A stretch of DNA of 64,000 bases from Blepharisma stoltei ATCC 30299 (taxonomy: Eukaryota > Protista > Ciliophora): the NCBI GenBank assembly GCA_965603825.1, contig CBFDEM010000038.1, positions 499,582 through 563,581 on the forward strand, read 5' to 3'. The translations under genes and the position numbers were made by a program. A model generated the notes under the pieces. That model was not told the origin of the DNA and did no database searches. It saw only the letters and a program-made list of their open reading frames with translations. Positions 48,321-60,659 of this stretch are shown here, in pieces; positions within the stretch are counted from its first letter, which is position 1, and each line of letters begins with the position of its first letter.

Positions 48321-48891
48321 AATTTGTTATAATATTAGGCTTAGACTAATTTAATTTCTCTTAGAGCCTACAATTTTATTTTTTGCTTATAAATAGGATT
48401 TTAAACCTATAGGCTACTGGAATAAAAACGGAGGCATAGTTGATGCCGATATAGCTAGAGGATTTATCAAAACAAAAAATCAAGTTGCCAATCCTAAGTT
48501 TTCACTCCATAGAATTTAAAATAGGAAGCGCCGAGTATTTAATACTATTCCTTTAGACAATATCTTTGCAACTTAAAATCCAGCATGGAGACCACTGGAA
48601 ATAAGCAAAATTTTCAGAGGATTTTCCAAGCTCAAAAATAATTGAAGCAAAAGCAAATCTTAAAATTTATGGGTCTCCCACTTTTATAACATATTTTTTT
48701 CAATTGCATTCATCTTTTATATGAATTTATTATTTGCTTAATCCCTTCATTATTTTTTTTCTGCTTAAGCAATTATAAAATGCTTTACTTTTCTTCAATT
48801 TCATAAAGCTATATTCATTTAGAATAATCGTTATTGAAACTCTTTTTTTGTAATAATATTGCATCATATTTTTAAACATTCTGATCATAAT

Positions 48892-51561
48892 ATGGAAATC
48901 AAAAAGTGCTTTGAGCCGAGCTGTAACCTTGAAGCTGAATATATATGCCAATGCACTTCCCTTGGAATATTCTCGTGCGAATTGCACATAGCGGATCATT
49001 GCAAACAAAATAGCCTTTCTCATAATTTTGACTCTATATTTTTACAGCCAATAGAAGAGACTAAAAACGCGATTCTTGGATTTCTTACCGAAGAAAAGGA
49101 TCAAAGAGAGCAAAGACAAAAGAAGCTAGCAAATTTGTTTATAAATAGCCTTTGAACTTTAAAACGGATATTCATAGAACTATTAAAAGGGCTTGATGAA
49201 GATTCTACAAAAATTAAAACTTATTTTGAAAAGATTTCTCAAGCGCAAAGACTCTCAAAATTTGAGAGTGACCCAATTTTGAAATTATTAGTTTTGCATA
49301 CTGATGAAGCATTAGAAAAAATTAAATCAGTCACCCAAGAAAAGTCAAATTCAGTTTATTGCGAAAACCTATTTTGTAGGCTTAATGATGAAATTTTCAA
49401 AACAATAAAAAGTTTTAATCAAGAAAGCATCGGTATTGATCTAAGCCAAAGATTGACTGAGATAGAAAAAGACGCTGAAAAGCGTAATGAAATTATTAAT
49501 TTAAATAAAAAAGACATGCTGGATTCGTATAAAAACATGGGAGCCATTAAGATTGATCCAAGTTGTGACACAGCATACAATGATGCTGGGCTTGCCTTTT
49601 ATAACCAAAAGATGTACGACGAAGCAATAAAATATTATAACAGCGCAATTGAAATTCGTCCAAGCTGTGCAATTTATTATAAAAATAAAGGAGATGCTCT
49701 GAAAGAGCTAGGAAGAAACGAAGAAGCAATGGAATGCTATAAGGAAGCTGTCAAAATTAATATTAGCTATGATGCAGCATATAATAATATAGGAATTATC
49801 TTGTTTAAGATGAAAAGGTATGAAGAAGCGATGCAATCATTCATGGAAGCAATTAAAATAAATCCAGAATCCTCAGTTTATCATAAAAATAGAGGAGATG
49901 CTTTAAAGGAACTAGGTAGAACAGCAGAAGCAATTGAATGCTATAACCAAGCGATTAGGATTAATCCAAATTTTGTGTCAGGATACAACGATTTAGGAAT
50001 GATTTTATATGATGAAAAGAGATATGAAGAAGCGATCAAGTACTACAATGAGGCAATCAGAATTGAACCAGACAGCATTAATATATATAAAAATAAAGTA
50101 TTAGCATTAAAGCAGCTAAGCAGAATTTCAGAAACAATAGATTGCTGAAATGAAATTATCAGAATTGGTCCAAAAAACGCTTCAGCTTGCAATGAGATGG
50201 GAATTTACTTATATGATGAAAAAAGATATGAAGAAGCAATAAAATATTTCAATATAGCAATCAAAATGGAACCAAATAGTGCGGTTTTCTATAAAAATAA
50301 AGCTCTACCTCTAAGAGAAACCAAAAGAATAAAAGAGGCTATGGATTGCTATAGTGAAGCTATTAGGATAGATCCAAACTTTGTTTCAGCTTACAATGAA
50401 ATGGGAATTGTACTATCCAATGAAAAAAGAGATAAGGAAGCAATTGAATATTATAATAAAGCAATAAGAATAGAGCCCACTGATGCAATTCTATATAAAA
50501 ATAAAGCGATGTCTCTAAGGGAACTACGAAGGATGAATGAGGCAATTGATTGCTATAATGAAGCTATTAGAGTTAATCCAAATTTCGTAGACGCTTATAA
50601 TGAAATGGGAATTGTCTTACATGGTGAGAACAGAAATGAAGAAGCAATCAAATATTATAACGAGGCAATTAGATTAAAACCAAATTCAGAAACTATATAC
50701 AGCAATAAAGCATTAGTTTTGAAGGAACTAGGAAGAATCGAAGAAGCAATAGAGTGCTATAATGAAATAATTAGAATTAATCCCAAAAATTTATCAGCTT
50801 ACAATGATATAGGAAATCTCTTATGAAATGAAAAGAGATATGAGGAATCTATCAAGAATTATGAGGAGGCAATCAAAATTGAGCCAAAAAATGAAGTTTT
50901 GTATAAAAATAAAATAGGCGCTCTAAAAAAACTAAAAAGAATAGATGAAATAATAGAATGCTACAATGAAATGATCAGAATTAATCCAAATAATGTTTCA
51001 ACCTTCAATGATTTCGGAAATTTCTTATCCAGTGAAAATAGACATGAAGAAGCAGTAAAATATTATAACGATGCAATTAGAATTAAACCTAATGATACGG
51101 TTTTATATAAAAATAAAGCACTATCCCTAAAAGACCTAGGAAAAATAGATGAAGTAATTGACTGTTATAATGAAATGATTAGAATTAATCCAAATAATGT
51201 TTCAACCTTCAATGATTTTGGAAATTTCTTATCCAATGAAAATAGACATGAAGAAGCTGTAAAATATTACAACGAGGCAATCAGAATTAAGCCTAATGAT
51301 ATAGTTTTATATAAAAACAAAGCACTATCCTTGAGAGATTTAGGAAAAATAGACGAAGTAATTGGCTGTTATAATGAAATGATTAGAATTAATCCAAATA
51401 ATGTTTCAACATACAATGATTTAGGAATTTACTTATACGGAGAAAAGAGATATGAGGATGCACTAAAATATTACAATGATGCAATTAGAATTAAACCAAG
51501 TGATAAGGTTCTACGTAGCAATAAATTATTAGCTTTAAAGGCATTAGGAAGAGTAGAATAA
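48892..51561 (+). CDS. B-box-like Zn module + coiled coil + about 19-20 TPR repeats (889 aa)
   Basis: Same N-terminal module as 46608, followed by 34-aa TPRs (AYN..G..L....RYEEAI.YY..AI.I.P). Four ORFs joined by TGA. Confidence 0.9.
50971..51520 (+). repeat. Near-identical 204-bp (two-TPR) tandem units
   Basis: ATGATYAGAATTAATCCAAATAATGTTTCAAC recurs at 50971, 51175 and 51379. Confidence 0.88.
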
Positions 51562-51796
51562 TAAAATGCTATAACATCATAAGAAATAATTTAGTATTAA
51601 TGGGTTTAAAAATTAATTTATCCATTTTAATTATGTTAAAATAATGATTTTAATTCACAAAGATTAATTTCTAAAATATAAATTGCTAAAATTTTGATAT
51701 TATGTGACTTCAGATCTGTTTTGATTTTATTAGTTTTTTTCTGCGCTTTATTTTAAATAATTTAGTATAATTTAAAAGAGAATGATTTATTAATAT

Positions 51797-54112
51797 TTAA
51801 TGGTATTTTTTCTTCTTGTAAAACGCAAGATAGAGCTTATGCCAATCAGGGTCATTTTTGCTGACTATATCATCATCATATTTCTCCCATTCGCTATTAT
51901 TCTTAGTAAATGCTATGAAATGAAACCCATAATAGCATATTACTCCAAAAATTTGATAAGTTTCATTACTAATCTGCAACTCATCTGGTATTTCATTAAA
52001 ACCTTGGTGATCAGGCATATAAATTGTTAAAATATCAGGCCAATCAACTCTTTCAGTTTCCAGAGTTATATCTCTCAGTTCTCCACATCTGTCGCACATT
52101 AGCTGATTTTCCCAATTAAAATACTTCTTTTCTCCAACAATATTGTTTAAAAATTCTCTTATATTGCTTTGGGAATTTTTTGGAATAATTATAAAATTTG
52201 AAGATTCTTCGACATATGATTTATGCTTGTAAGGGCATGTAAAAGTTTGCGTTTTAGCCACTTTAAAAGGATTTGCATCTTCAATTTTATCTGAGATGAT
52301 TAAAAACAGCTCTTTTGAATCATTTGGAGACCTTCCAGCGTACTAAATAAATATTACCATCGAGTATTCTTTTGAAATTATATCTTTAAATTCACTGATA
52401 TGTGGCATTATTGATATCTTTGAAGCATTACTATTCATTAATGATATAACTGAATTCAGGCTCTGTAATAATTTATTGCTACTAATGCTGCTTATTGATT
52501 TTGTAAATTCAGAAATACTTGCTAATATTTGTATAACAGAATTCATATAGCAGGTATTTCCTATATTTGGCAAGCCTGATTTGCTATAAATTAGAGATCT
52601 TGTCGGTAGAGTTTGAGTCTGAGTATTTAAGGACCGTCTTTGCCTTTCAGCTTCTTGATAATCTTCAGAAAATATATTTTGTCTTGATGGCAGAGTCACT
52701 GTCTGGCCAATTATCTGATACTCGGTTTTAGGTTCATTTGAGCGAACAACAGATTGTCTGAAAATTTCAGACTTATATTTTTCTATTTCTTCCTCAATTG
52801 CTTTTAACTGTTTAACTGCTAATTCTATGTTGCTCTCTAGCTCAGCTATTTTATTCTTGCTAGTATCGTTGCTTTTTAGTATATTTTCGATGCTATTATC
52901 AACTTGCCATTTCCAATCCCCCAATCCCTTATTTAAGTCATTGCTTTGAGCCAAAAGCTTTTCGGTATAAGATTTATATTCCTCTATTTCATTTTTAATA
53001 CTTTTGATGTCATTATTAGCATGAAATTGCCAATCTTGTATATCCTTGTTATAATTCTTTGATTTCTCAATTTCATTTAAAAGACTTTCTAGCTTTGCAT
53101 CAGATTTATTTTCTATTTCCTCAATGTAATTTAATTGCGATTTTAATTTTTCAATAGAAATTTTGTTTTCATTTTCAATTCTTTCAATTTTTCTATTTAA
53201 ATCCTCAAAATGTGCGTTTATACTGTCACTATTGGATTTGCAATTTTTATTCAACTTATTTAATTCAGATTTAATGCCCTGAACTTGAATATTGGTATAT
53301 TCTTTACAGGTTTCAATACTTGCAGTAGCTTTGGTGGATTTGAACTCCAATTCATTTAATTTGGAAATTATTTCACTGCTATTTGCATTTACCACTGATT
53401 TTATATAATCCAATACCCTATCATTTTTAAGGAATTCTTCTGGGCTTGGGCAATTATTTTGTTTTCGCTCATTGTCCTTGGAGAATTTTTCTAATTCTTT
53501 CATTTTATTTGTAAGCACTTCTTTAATGCGATGGAAATCTTTTTCTAGCTTATACTCCATAGCTATAGTGCTGTTAGAATTTTTTGTTTCTATAATATCG
53601 GCTGCTGAATGTATCTTCTCTTCACATTGAGCTAATAACCACTCTATCATGCTTTCGGACTTATTTTCGATATCCTTTTCTATCTTTTCAGCTAATTTCT
53701 CTTGTAATTCAGTGAAATAATTAGCTATAGCGCTTGCGCTTAATATTATTTGCCTATTATCTTGAAAACCGCTGCTATTAGGTAAGCTCAGGCTTTGTAA
53801 TTCAATTTTTTGATGGGAATTAGGTTCTTTTTCAACAGATAGAATATTATTCTGTTTTCTTGAATAACTGTCAATATCTCTATTTAGATTACCATTGCCC
53901 AAATTTGTTGAAGAAGTAGACGGGTGGCTTATTGGGGATATGTGAAAATCAGGAGGTAAATCTTTTCTATAATGAGGACCTTGCTCATAGTAAATGCTTT
54001 GGGCATTAATTTGATCGATCGCAAGAGGTTTTAGGTCTTTCCTTATATAAACTAAAATCGATGGCGAATATACTGTTGTCAATTCCAATTTTTGCGTCAA
54101 CAACCAAAACAT
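51797..54112 (-). CDS. Ubiquitin-specific protease (USP/C19) with long N-terminal coiled coil (766 aa or longer; one 15-nt intron)
   Basis: Cys box GLPNIGNTCYMNSVIQIL; His box GFHFIAFTK..WEKYDD; intron 52343-52357. The true start may be 54389 in a shifted frame. Confidence 0.85.
52343..52357 (-). other. 15-nt spliceosomal intron GTAATATTTATTTAG
   Basis: Joins the Cys box and His box halves of the USP domain in frame; A at position 10. Confidence 0.9.
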
Positions 54113-54389
54113 CTTTTAGTGGTTCACTTTCTATTGTATGACTAATGTAATTCATTCAGTTTTTATTTCTCTCGCAAATTTTGTAAAATATTTCTAGAGT
54201 GCCTCAGCATGACTCGAAACCTCTAATACTGAGAAGTTGATTATCAGAAATCCCATTTCTAAATGCATTTGTCGTAATTTCATGCAGATATCTGTCCAGC
54301 ATTTGAAACCTTGGATCCAGATATGCATTTATGTTGCTGCTAATAGTCGCTATCATCCAGCATGCCCGCCTCAAATGAAAATTGCTCAT
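54006..54389 (-). CDS. 127-aa ORF, probably the frameshifted 5' part of the USP gene
   Basis: ATG 54389 has a good AT-rich leader and reads through two TGA. It overlaps the USP ORF by 107 nt in another frame. Confidence 0.45.
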
Positions 54390-54819
54390 TTTTATTAGTT
54401 TCTACAAATTCAATTAACCAAAACTCAATCGCTAAATGTATTTGTCGATGTGATTTAATGGCAGCAAAGCAGTCGTTAAGGAGACGGCATGTCAAAAATT
54501 AAAATACTTAAGAAAATGCGATAAAAGGAGTTTTAAAAATCAAGCTTTTGCTTGATAGGACCAATTATGCTTTAATACAGCTTAAACTTTATAGACTAAA
54601 AATTATTAGCAACAAATCTAATTTATGTTTGGGCCGACAAGATATTAATGACTTGGAAATATTCAAATCTAAAAATTTATTTTAAAAGCAAAGTGAGTTG
54701 ATAGTTGATAAATATTTACAAAGCAGTTTAAAGACTTAGTTTATTAGATATAATTTTTTCAAGTAACTTTAGCTTAAGAAATGTGAAAATCTTCAGGTCA
54801 GGTCAAAGTTAATCATAAT

Positions 54820-56620
54820 TATTTGGAGTCTAATAATCTACGGAGATCAGTTAATCAAAAGACCCAATCTATAACTGGAAAAAAAATAAATGAAGATAAT
54901 ACAAGAAGTATCTCATATAGCAATAAATTGTCAACTAATGCAAACACAAGAGATTCAAGAAATGCTGACTCAGGTAGGCATGAAAGTAGAAGTGGAATCA
55001 GAGAGTTGCGAGCACAAAACAAAGTTTGCAGTATTCAAAGACTATTAAAGCACCCAACAAAAACCAAGCATAATGAGGAAAATCAAAAATTGCAAACGAA
55101 AATATTAATCCACTTCAAGTCCACCCGAAACATAGGATCAAAAGATACGATAATAATTTCCAGCATGATGGCGCATTTTATTTTCGCTAAAAGCTGGAGG
55201 AGCTTAGCCTGCGAATTTAGGAAGAATTTGCATTGTGAGAAAGGATTCTGCGACGCATGAGCCTTTCTAGTGCTGAATCTATGAAGCATTGTATTGAAAT
55301 AAAGATAAAGATATGATTCAACGAGGAGTCAGGGAGCCAACGCATGGATATTTTTTATATAATTGAAGTTAGAGATCCAGTGGATTCCAGGAAAACTTTT
55401 TATTTTAATTGCCTAACCTGGATGAGCAAGTAGGTGGTGCATTTAAAACAAAATTTCTCGTGAATTTGAATGCACTTGGAGATCTGAGGTTGTAAAATAT
55501 GCGGAGTTTCTGCTTGGTAGAAGTGATAAGGCTTGTGCTTGTTGAAAGATATGACAATTTGCTATGGAAGAGATTAACGGTTAATTAAAAAGAGAGAAGT
55601 GCTTGCAAGACCGGCAGTAAAAGTTTTAGATAAGATAGCATTAAAAGATACTAATTTAAGTGTTCATTATGCATCATAATGCTGGCTATTAATCTCAGTT
55701 AAACTTTCAAGCACAGCTCTATTTGATGCAATAGAATTGAGCTATAAGATATAGGCTGAAGAGCTAATTAAACAAATAGGTTATACTGAAGCTAGAGGAA
55801 AAGATTCAGAAGCTAAAAATGTATTATTGAAATTCTAATTGAAAAAAGGAAAATATTGAGGAAAGGCTGAGGAACAGTGAATCAAGAGTTTCTGAAAGGA
55901 TAATGAGAGAGTCTAATAGGAAATTTAAATAAAAATGATAAAATTAAGAAGAAAAATAAAGAGTTTGACTTTGAACTAAATAAATATAAATCGATACTAC
56001 CAAATCTGAAGCAGAAAATAAAGAATTGAGGCTCAAAGCAGACCAAGAAGAAAAAATAAAAGAGCAAGAGCAGAAATTTCACATTTTGAGCCAGAAAAAT
56101 TCTCAAATGAGCCAACAAAGTTAATCTTAACAAATGCAGCTACTTTAATAAAAAAAGTTCTATTAAAAGATAGAAAAAACCTTTATTGAAAGAAATCAAA
56201 ACCCAAGAGCAGATTATAAAGACTGCCAAAAAGAAAATGAAAGGCTTGCTGAATTAAAACAATTAAGTTCCCAGCTTAAATAAGAGCAGGATAAATTCAT
56301 CATGAAAATATAAAAGTAGACTTATTAAAAGCAACCTCGTAAAATACCACGGAGGGGTGCCAATCAAAGAAAGTACTTCTGACTTTGGAGCTATTAATGA
56401 ATAGAGATCGGAAAATGACGCTTAGACTTGCTCAAGATTTATTGGAAAAAGAGAGATTTAACTGAAAAAGAAATAATATCAAAAATTATTGAAAATTAAG
56501 AAAATTCCAAGCTAAAGTTGAATTCAGTTTTCTACAGCGCAAGAAGGCTTAGTTAATACCCAAAAATAAACAAAATCCATGAAAAAATCAATCACTTAAA
56601 GGAGGCGTATGAGAATTTTT
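54820..56620 (+). pseudogene. Decayed coding-like sequence (K/E-rich remnants, many stops)
   Basis: Purine-rich, coding-like composition, but I could not follow any frame far without TAA/TAG. Origin not recognised. Confidence 0.4.
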
Positions 56621-56629
56621 GTAAAGCAA

Positions 56630-56900
56630 TTGCTTAGCTCATCTGAAACTTGTTCCAAAAGCTGTTCAGAGCCATTTCTTGGTTCAACTAGACGCTAGCT
56701 AAAGGATGCTAGGAATTTTTCCTTCTGCTTGCTATTTTTTGACTACTCTTTTGTAAAAATCTAAGAATTGCTTCTTTTATTCCTTTAATCGGCTCTAAAA
56801 GTATTTTTTCAATAGCTTGAGCCTTACGAAGAAGCTTTAAATGTTACCCGAAGTGCAGTTCACAGCATAAATTGTACGAGAGGCGGACGGCATGCATATA
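56630..56900 (-). pseudogene. Pseudogene fragment of the B-box-like module
   Basis: LCCELHFG*HLKLLRKAQAIEKILLEPIKGIKEAILRFLQK aligns with SCEAHIGKHANLPDRAHNLESIFIQPYEGTKEAILEFLT; in-frame TAA and TAG. Confidence 0.78.
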
Positions 56901-56938
56901 TATTATTATAATTATGGCTTATTATAACCAAATTTTAT

Positions 56939-59624
56939 TTAAATCTGCAATTTTTGGAGTAGTTCATTACGGTCTCGACCTAATACATCGTTAATAAAAT
57001 TTATGTCTTTTTCCGAAAGCTCCCATTCATCCCCAGCAAAAATACCACTTACTTGATTTTCTTGCTTTAAATTGTAAGCCTTATTAAAGTCCTTCAAAGC
57101 TGCTTCTTGTCTGAGATTATTAAATACTCTAGCTCGGCTGCAGAAATGTAAAGGATTGTTGGGTTCAAGCTTGATTGCCTCATCATAGCATTCTATTGCT
57201 TCTTGATATCTCTCTAAAACATAAAGAGTATTGCCTTTACTATTATAAAACTTTGCATCTTTTGGATAGACTCTGATTGCTTCTTCATAATTTTCTACTG
57301 CTTCTGGGTATCTTCCAAGTTCATTTAAAGCATCCCCTTTATTATAGTAAAAATTAGCATCTTGTGGATTGTGTTTGATTGCTTCATCAAAGCATTCGAT
57401 AGCTTCTAGATATCGTTTTAGATTATAAAAAGATAATCCTTTATGATTATAAAATCTAGCGTTGCTTGGATCGAGTTTGATTGCTTTGTCATAACATTTG
57501 ATTGCTTCTAGATATCGTTTTAGATTATAAAAAGCTAATCCTTTATTATTATAAATATCAGAACTTTTTGGATTGAGTTTGATTGCTTTGTCATAGCATT
57601 CGATTGCTTCTAGATATCTTTCTAAATCATAAAAATAAAAACCTTTATTATTGTATAAATAAGAATTTTTTGGATTCTGTTTGATTACTTCGTCACAGCA
57701 TTCGATTGCTTCTAGTTTTTCTCCTGGCACGTTGCTGCCATTTTAATGTATATTGATAAATGATTGGGAAGAGTAAATATTCTAGAGTAGTATCTTTTAC
57801 ATTGCATTCATCTAGATAATAAGGTTCGAGTTTAAAATTCTGATTATTGCACTTTATTGCTTCAATCTTTTTACCTGCTCTTCTAAGTGAGAAATGCTCA
57901 TTATAATAAGCAACATCAATAGCGATTTTTTGATCTAAATTAAAATAATAATATTCTCTAATTGAACTAAAAATAGTTGAGATGTATATTCCTCCTTTAT
58001 TATATGTACAATAAGCTTGATTCGGAGCGCAATCGATTATTGATTTTCCAATTCGTCTCCAATTTCATAAACTTCCAACTTCGCTTTCATAGATTAATCC
58101 ATTTTGGCATTCAATCAAATATAGTCTCTCTGCATTTATCAGGATCTTTCTTTTCCGATATGCAAACTCATAAGGAATTGTCGAGAAAGAATCAATATCT
58201 ATTGAGTATAACAAAATATTTGTATTAATCCGTCCAGAAATCAAAATATTTCCATTAAATATTATAGTATGGCATTCATCATCATCTTCTGGCATTGAAG
58301 TTAATTGAATTCATCGATTTCGATCTAAATCAAATCTACTAGATAGAGTTAAAGCATAACTCTTTTTATTCTTTCCTCCAAAACAATAGATGCTGCTGTT
58401 GAAATAGATACATGATGAGTCAGAGCAAGGAGTTCCAGATGGCAACAATTCGAATTCACCGTTCACATCAATTAGCACTGCAATTCCAGAAGTTGGATAA
58501 TTACCAAAACAGAATAGCTTGCCATTTGGAAGTTGAGTTATGCAAGTTTTATCGCCTAATAGTTCTGGGATCTGCAAGAATTTGATTTCCCTGGCTTCAG
58601 TTTCAGTGTTGTAAATAATTAAATTAGTTCTGTCGTCCTCATCCACTGCTATATTATAAAGAGATGTTTTTTGGTGATAAGCTTTAAGATAATCTTGGCA
58701 AGCTTGAATTAATGGTGGATCATAAAAACGAGAATGGATGTGAATTGCTGAGCAAGTTGTATTGAAATCCATCTCTAATTCTGGATTGTTTGGCCTACTC
58801 AAAATCTCAGCTGTTTTATTTCTTAAGATGTCTATAAGGTTTAAAGCACTTTCTGCTTCTTTGGGTTTACTGTTGAGATAATTAGAAACAGTGCTTATTT
58901 GAGAATTAAGCAAACTTGTCTCGCTTTCTAAGCTTTTTTTTATTGGCCTGTTTGCGTTTTCAGACCCTTTTAATTTCTCACTGTTCTCATTTATTATCAA
59001 GGAAATCGAATCCTTAACGTTTGCTGACTCTATGGTTTTATTCACTTCAGGAGTATTTTGCATATTCATATTTTCTAGATATGCACCACCTTTTTCTTCA
59101 ACAAAGGATCTATTTAAACTCGCTAGCTTTTCAGTGATTATATAAAAGAATCTTGCACTGTTGTATCAATCTTTCATGGCTATAATCATCAATTTTACTT
59201 TCTCAACAGCTTCTCCAGGCTGTAAAACCAATAATCCTAATATTGGATCTTGCTCTAGCTTTGATACTTTTTTAACTTGGGAAATTTTTGCAAAGAAATC
59301 ATTTATTTCACCTGAGCAATCATCCAATTTTTTCCTAAAATCTCTTAAATTTCTCTTTAAGTTAAATGGGCAATTCTTAAAAGAATCTATGATTTTTCTT
59401 CTCAGCTCGCTGTACTTTGAATTTTCTATTGTAAGGAATTCAAGAATTGCTTCTTTTGTGCCTTCATAAGGCTGGATAAATATTGATTCAAGGTTATGAG
59501 CTCTATCAGGCAAGTTTGCATGCTTTCCAATGTGCGCTTCACAAGATAAAGTCTCAGGAGAAGAGCATTTGCATGAATACTTAACCTCATTCGTACAGCC
59601 TGACTCGAAACACTTCTTCGCCAT
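56939..59624 (-). CDS. B-box-like Zn module + coiled coil + Kelch-like propeller + TPR repeats, interrupted by a 49-nt insertion (658 aa as written, ending 57648; 878 aa if 57725-57773 is removed)
   Basis: MAKKCFESGC.. from ATG 59624 reads through TGA into the Kelch region and the first degenerate TPRs. The TPR ORF 56939-57730 is one base out of frame. TPRs occur as 102-bp near-repeats. Confidence 0.78.
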
Positions 59625-59846
59625 CGTATAATAATTATTAAATAGATGATTTTTAAAACTTTTTACATTCAAATAAGATATTCAACTCATCAGCAGAGAC
59701 TGGGTTTGACATGAAGAGCGGGATAGCAGGTTTTGGAATGTGCAGAGTCTCAGAAAATCTATTGAGAGCAGTGTACAACTTGAAAATCAACTCATCACAA
59801 CCAACACTTCAGGCAATAATGAATTAGATCCCGGACTCTTTATTAA

Positions 59847-60620
59847 AGACAGGATAAATTCAAATATTCACTGTTCTTAACTCGGAGGAAACGAAACTTG
59901 AAAAATCAGTATGTGAATGGCGAAATTGAGCTTGGCCTCATTCCCCAGGGTTATTTGGTTGAAAGACTCATAGCATGCGGTATTTCAGCTTTCCACATAC
60001 TGGTGCTTGCGGCTAGGTTGAAGAAGGCGACTTTGTCAGAAGTGTGGATAGGAGGGAAAATAGTAGAGAAGGTATCCACCCCGAGGGAGGTAAGAAATAC
60101 ATCCTTGAAGAAGCATTCAGAGGAGACTTTGGCCTCATCAAGGCTTAGAAATCAAACACTGAGGGCAGCTTGATTTACAGAAAGACTGCCAGGAATTTCA
60201 ACCTTGACATTGCTGGGTCTTCAAAATAACGATTGTAGAAGTCAAGAAGAAATCGTCCCTGCTGGCACTGTCGACCCAGTTCATATAATCGTTAAAGGTG
60301 AGTATTTTGAAAAGCCTATGAAAGGCTGGGTCTCAATACTGGAGATGAAATCGAGCTTCCTGGGACTCCTGAACAAATCAGGAAGCGTGAGAGAATTGAC
60401 AAAAGAGTTTCCAAAGAAATTCAGGACGCAATATATGTGAACTTTATTAGAATGCCAACCTTCGTGCCAAACTACTTGCCCAAAGGGTATCACAATTTTG
60501 CTTCATAAAGCTAGGAATAGGACCATATCTAAATCAGGTGAGCAATTTCCAAACGCTAATGCTGACAAAGAAACTATCACAAAAGTCTCCAGACAGCAAA
60601 TTTTTAATTTAACAAATTAA
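59847..60620 (+). other. 257-codon open frame (TGA=Trp) without an initiating ATG; relatively GC-rich; unknown origin
   Basis: Track ORFs 59898 and 60204 share a frame that continues to TAA 60618; bounded upstream by TAA 59844. Confidence 0.4.
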
Positions 60621-60659
60621 ATAATTATTATTATCAATATCAGAGAAAATTTTATTTGT

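Noticed and set aside
57782-57800. 19-nt GTAAAAGATACTACTCTAG (minus strand) as an intron fixing the Kelch-TPR frameshift
   Set aside because: Splicing leads to an in-frame TAA before the TPR ORF.
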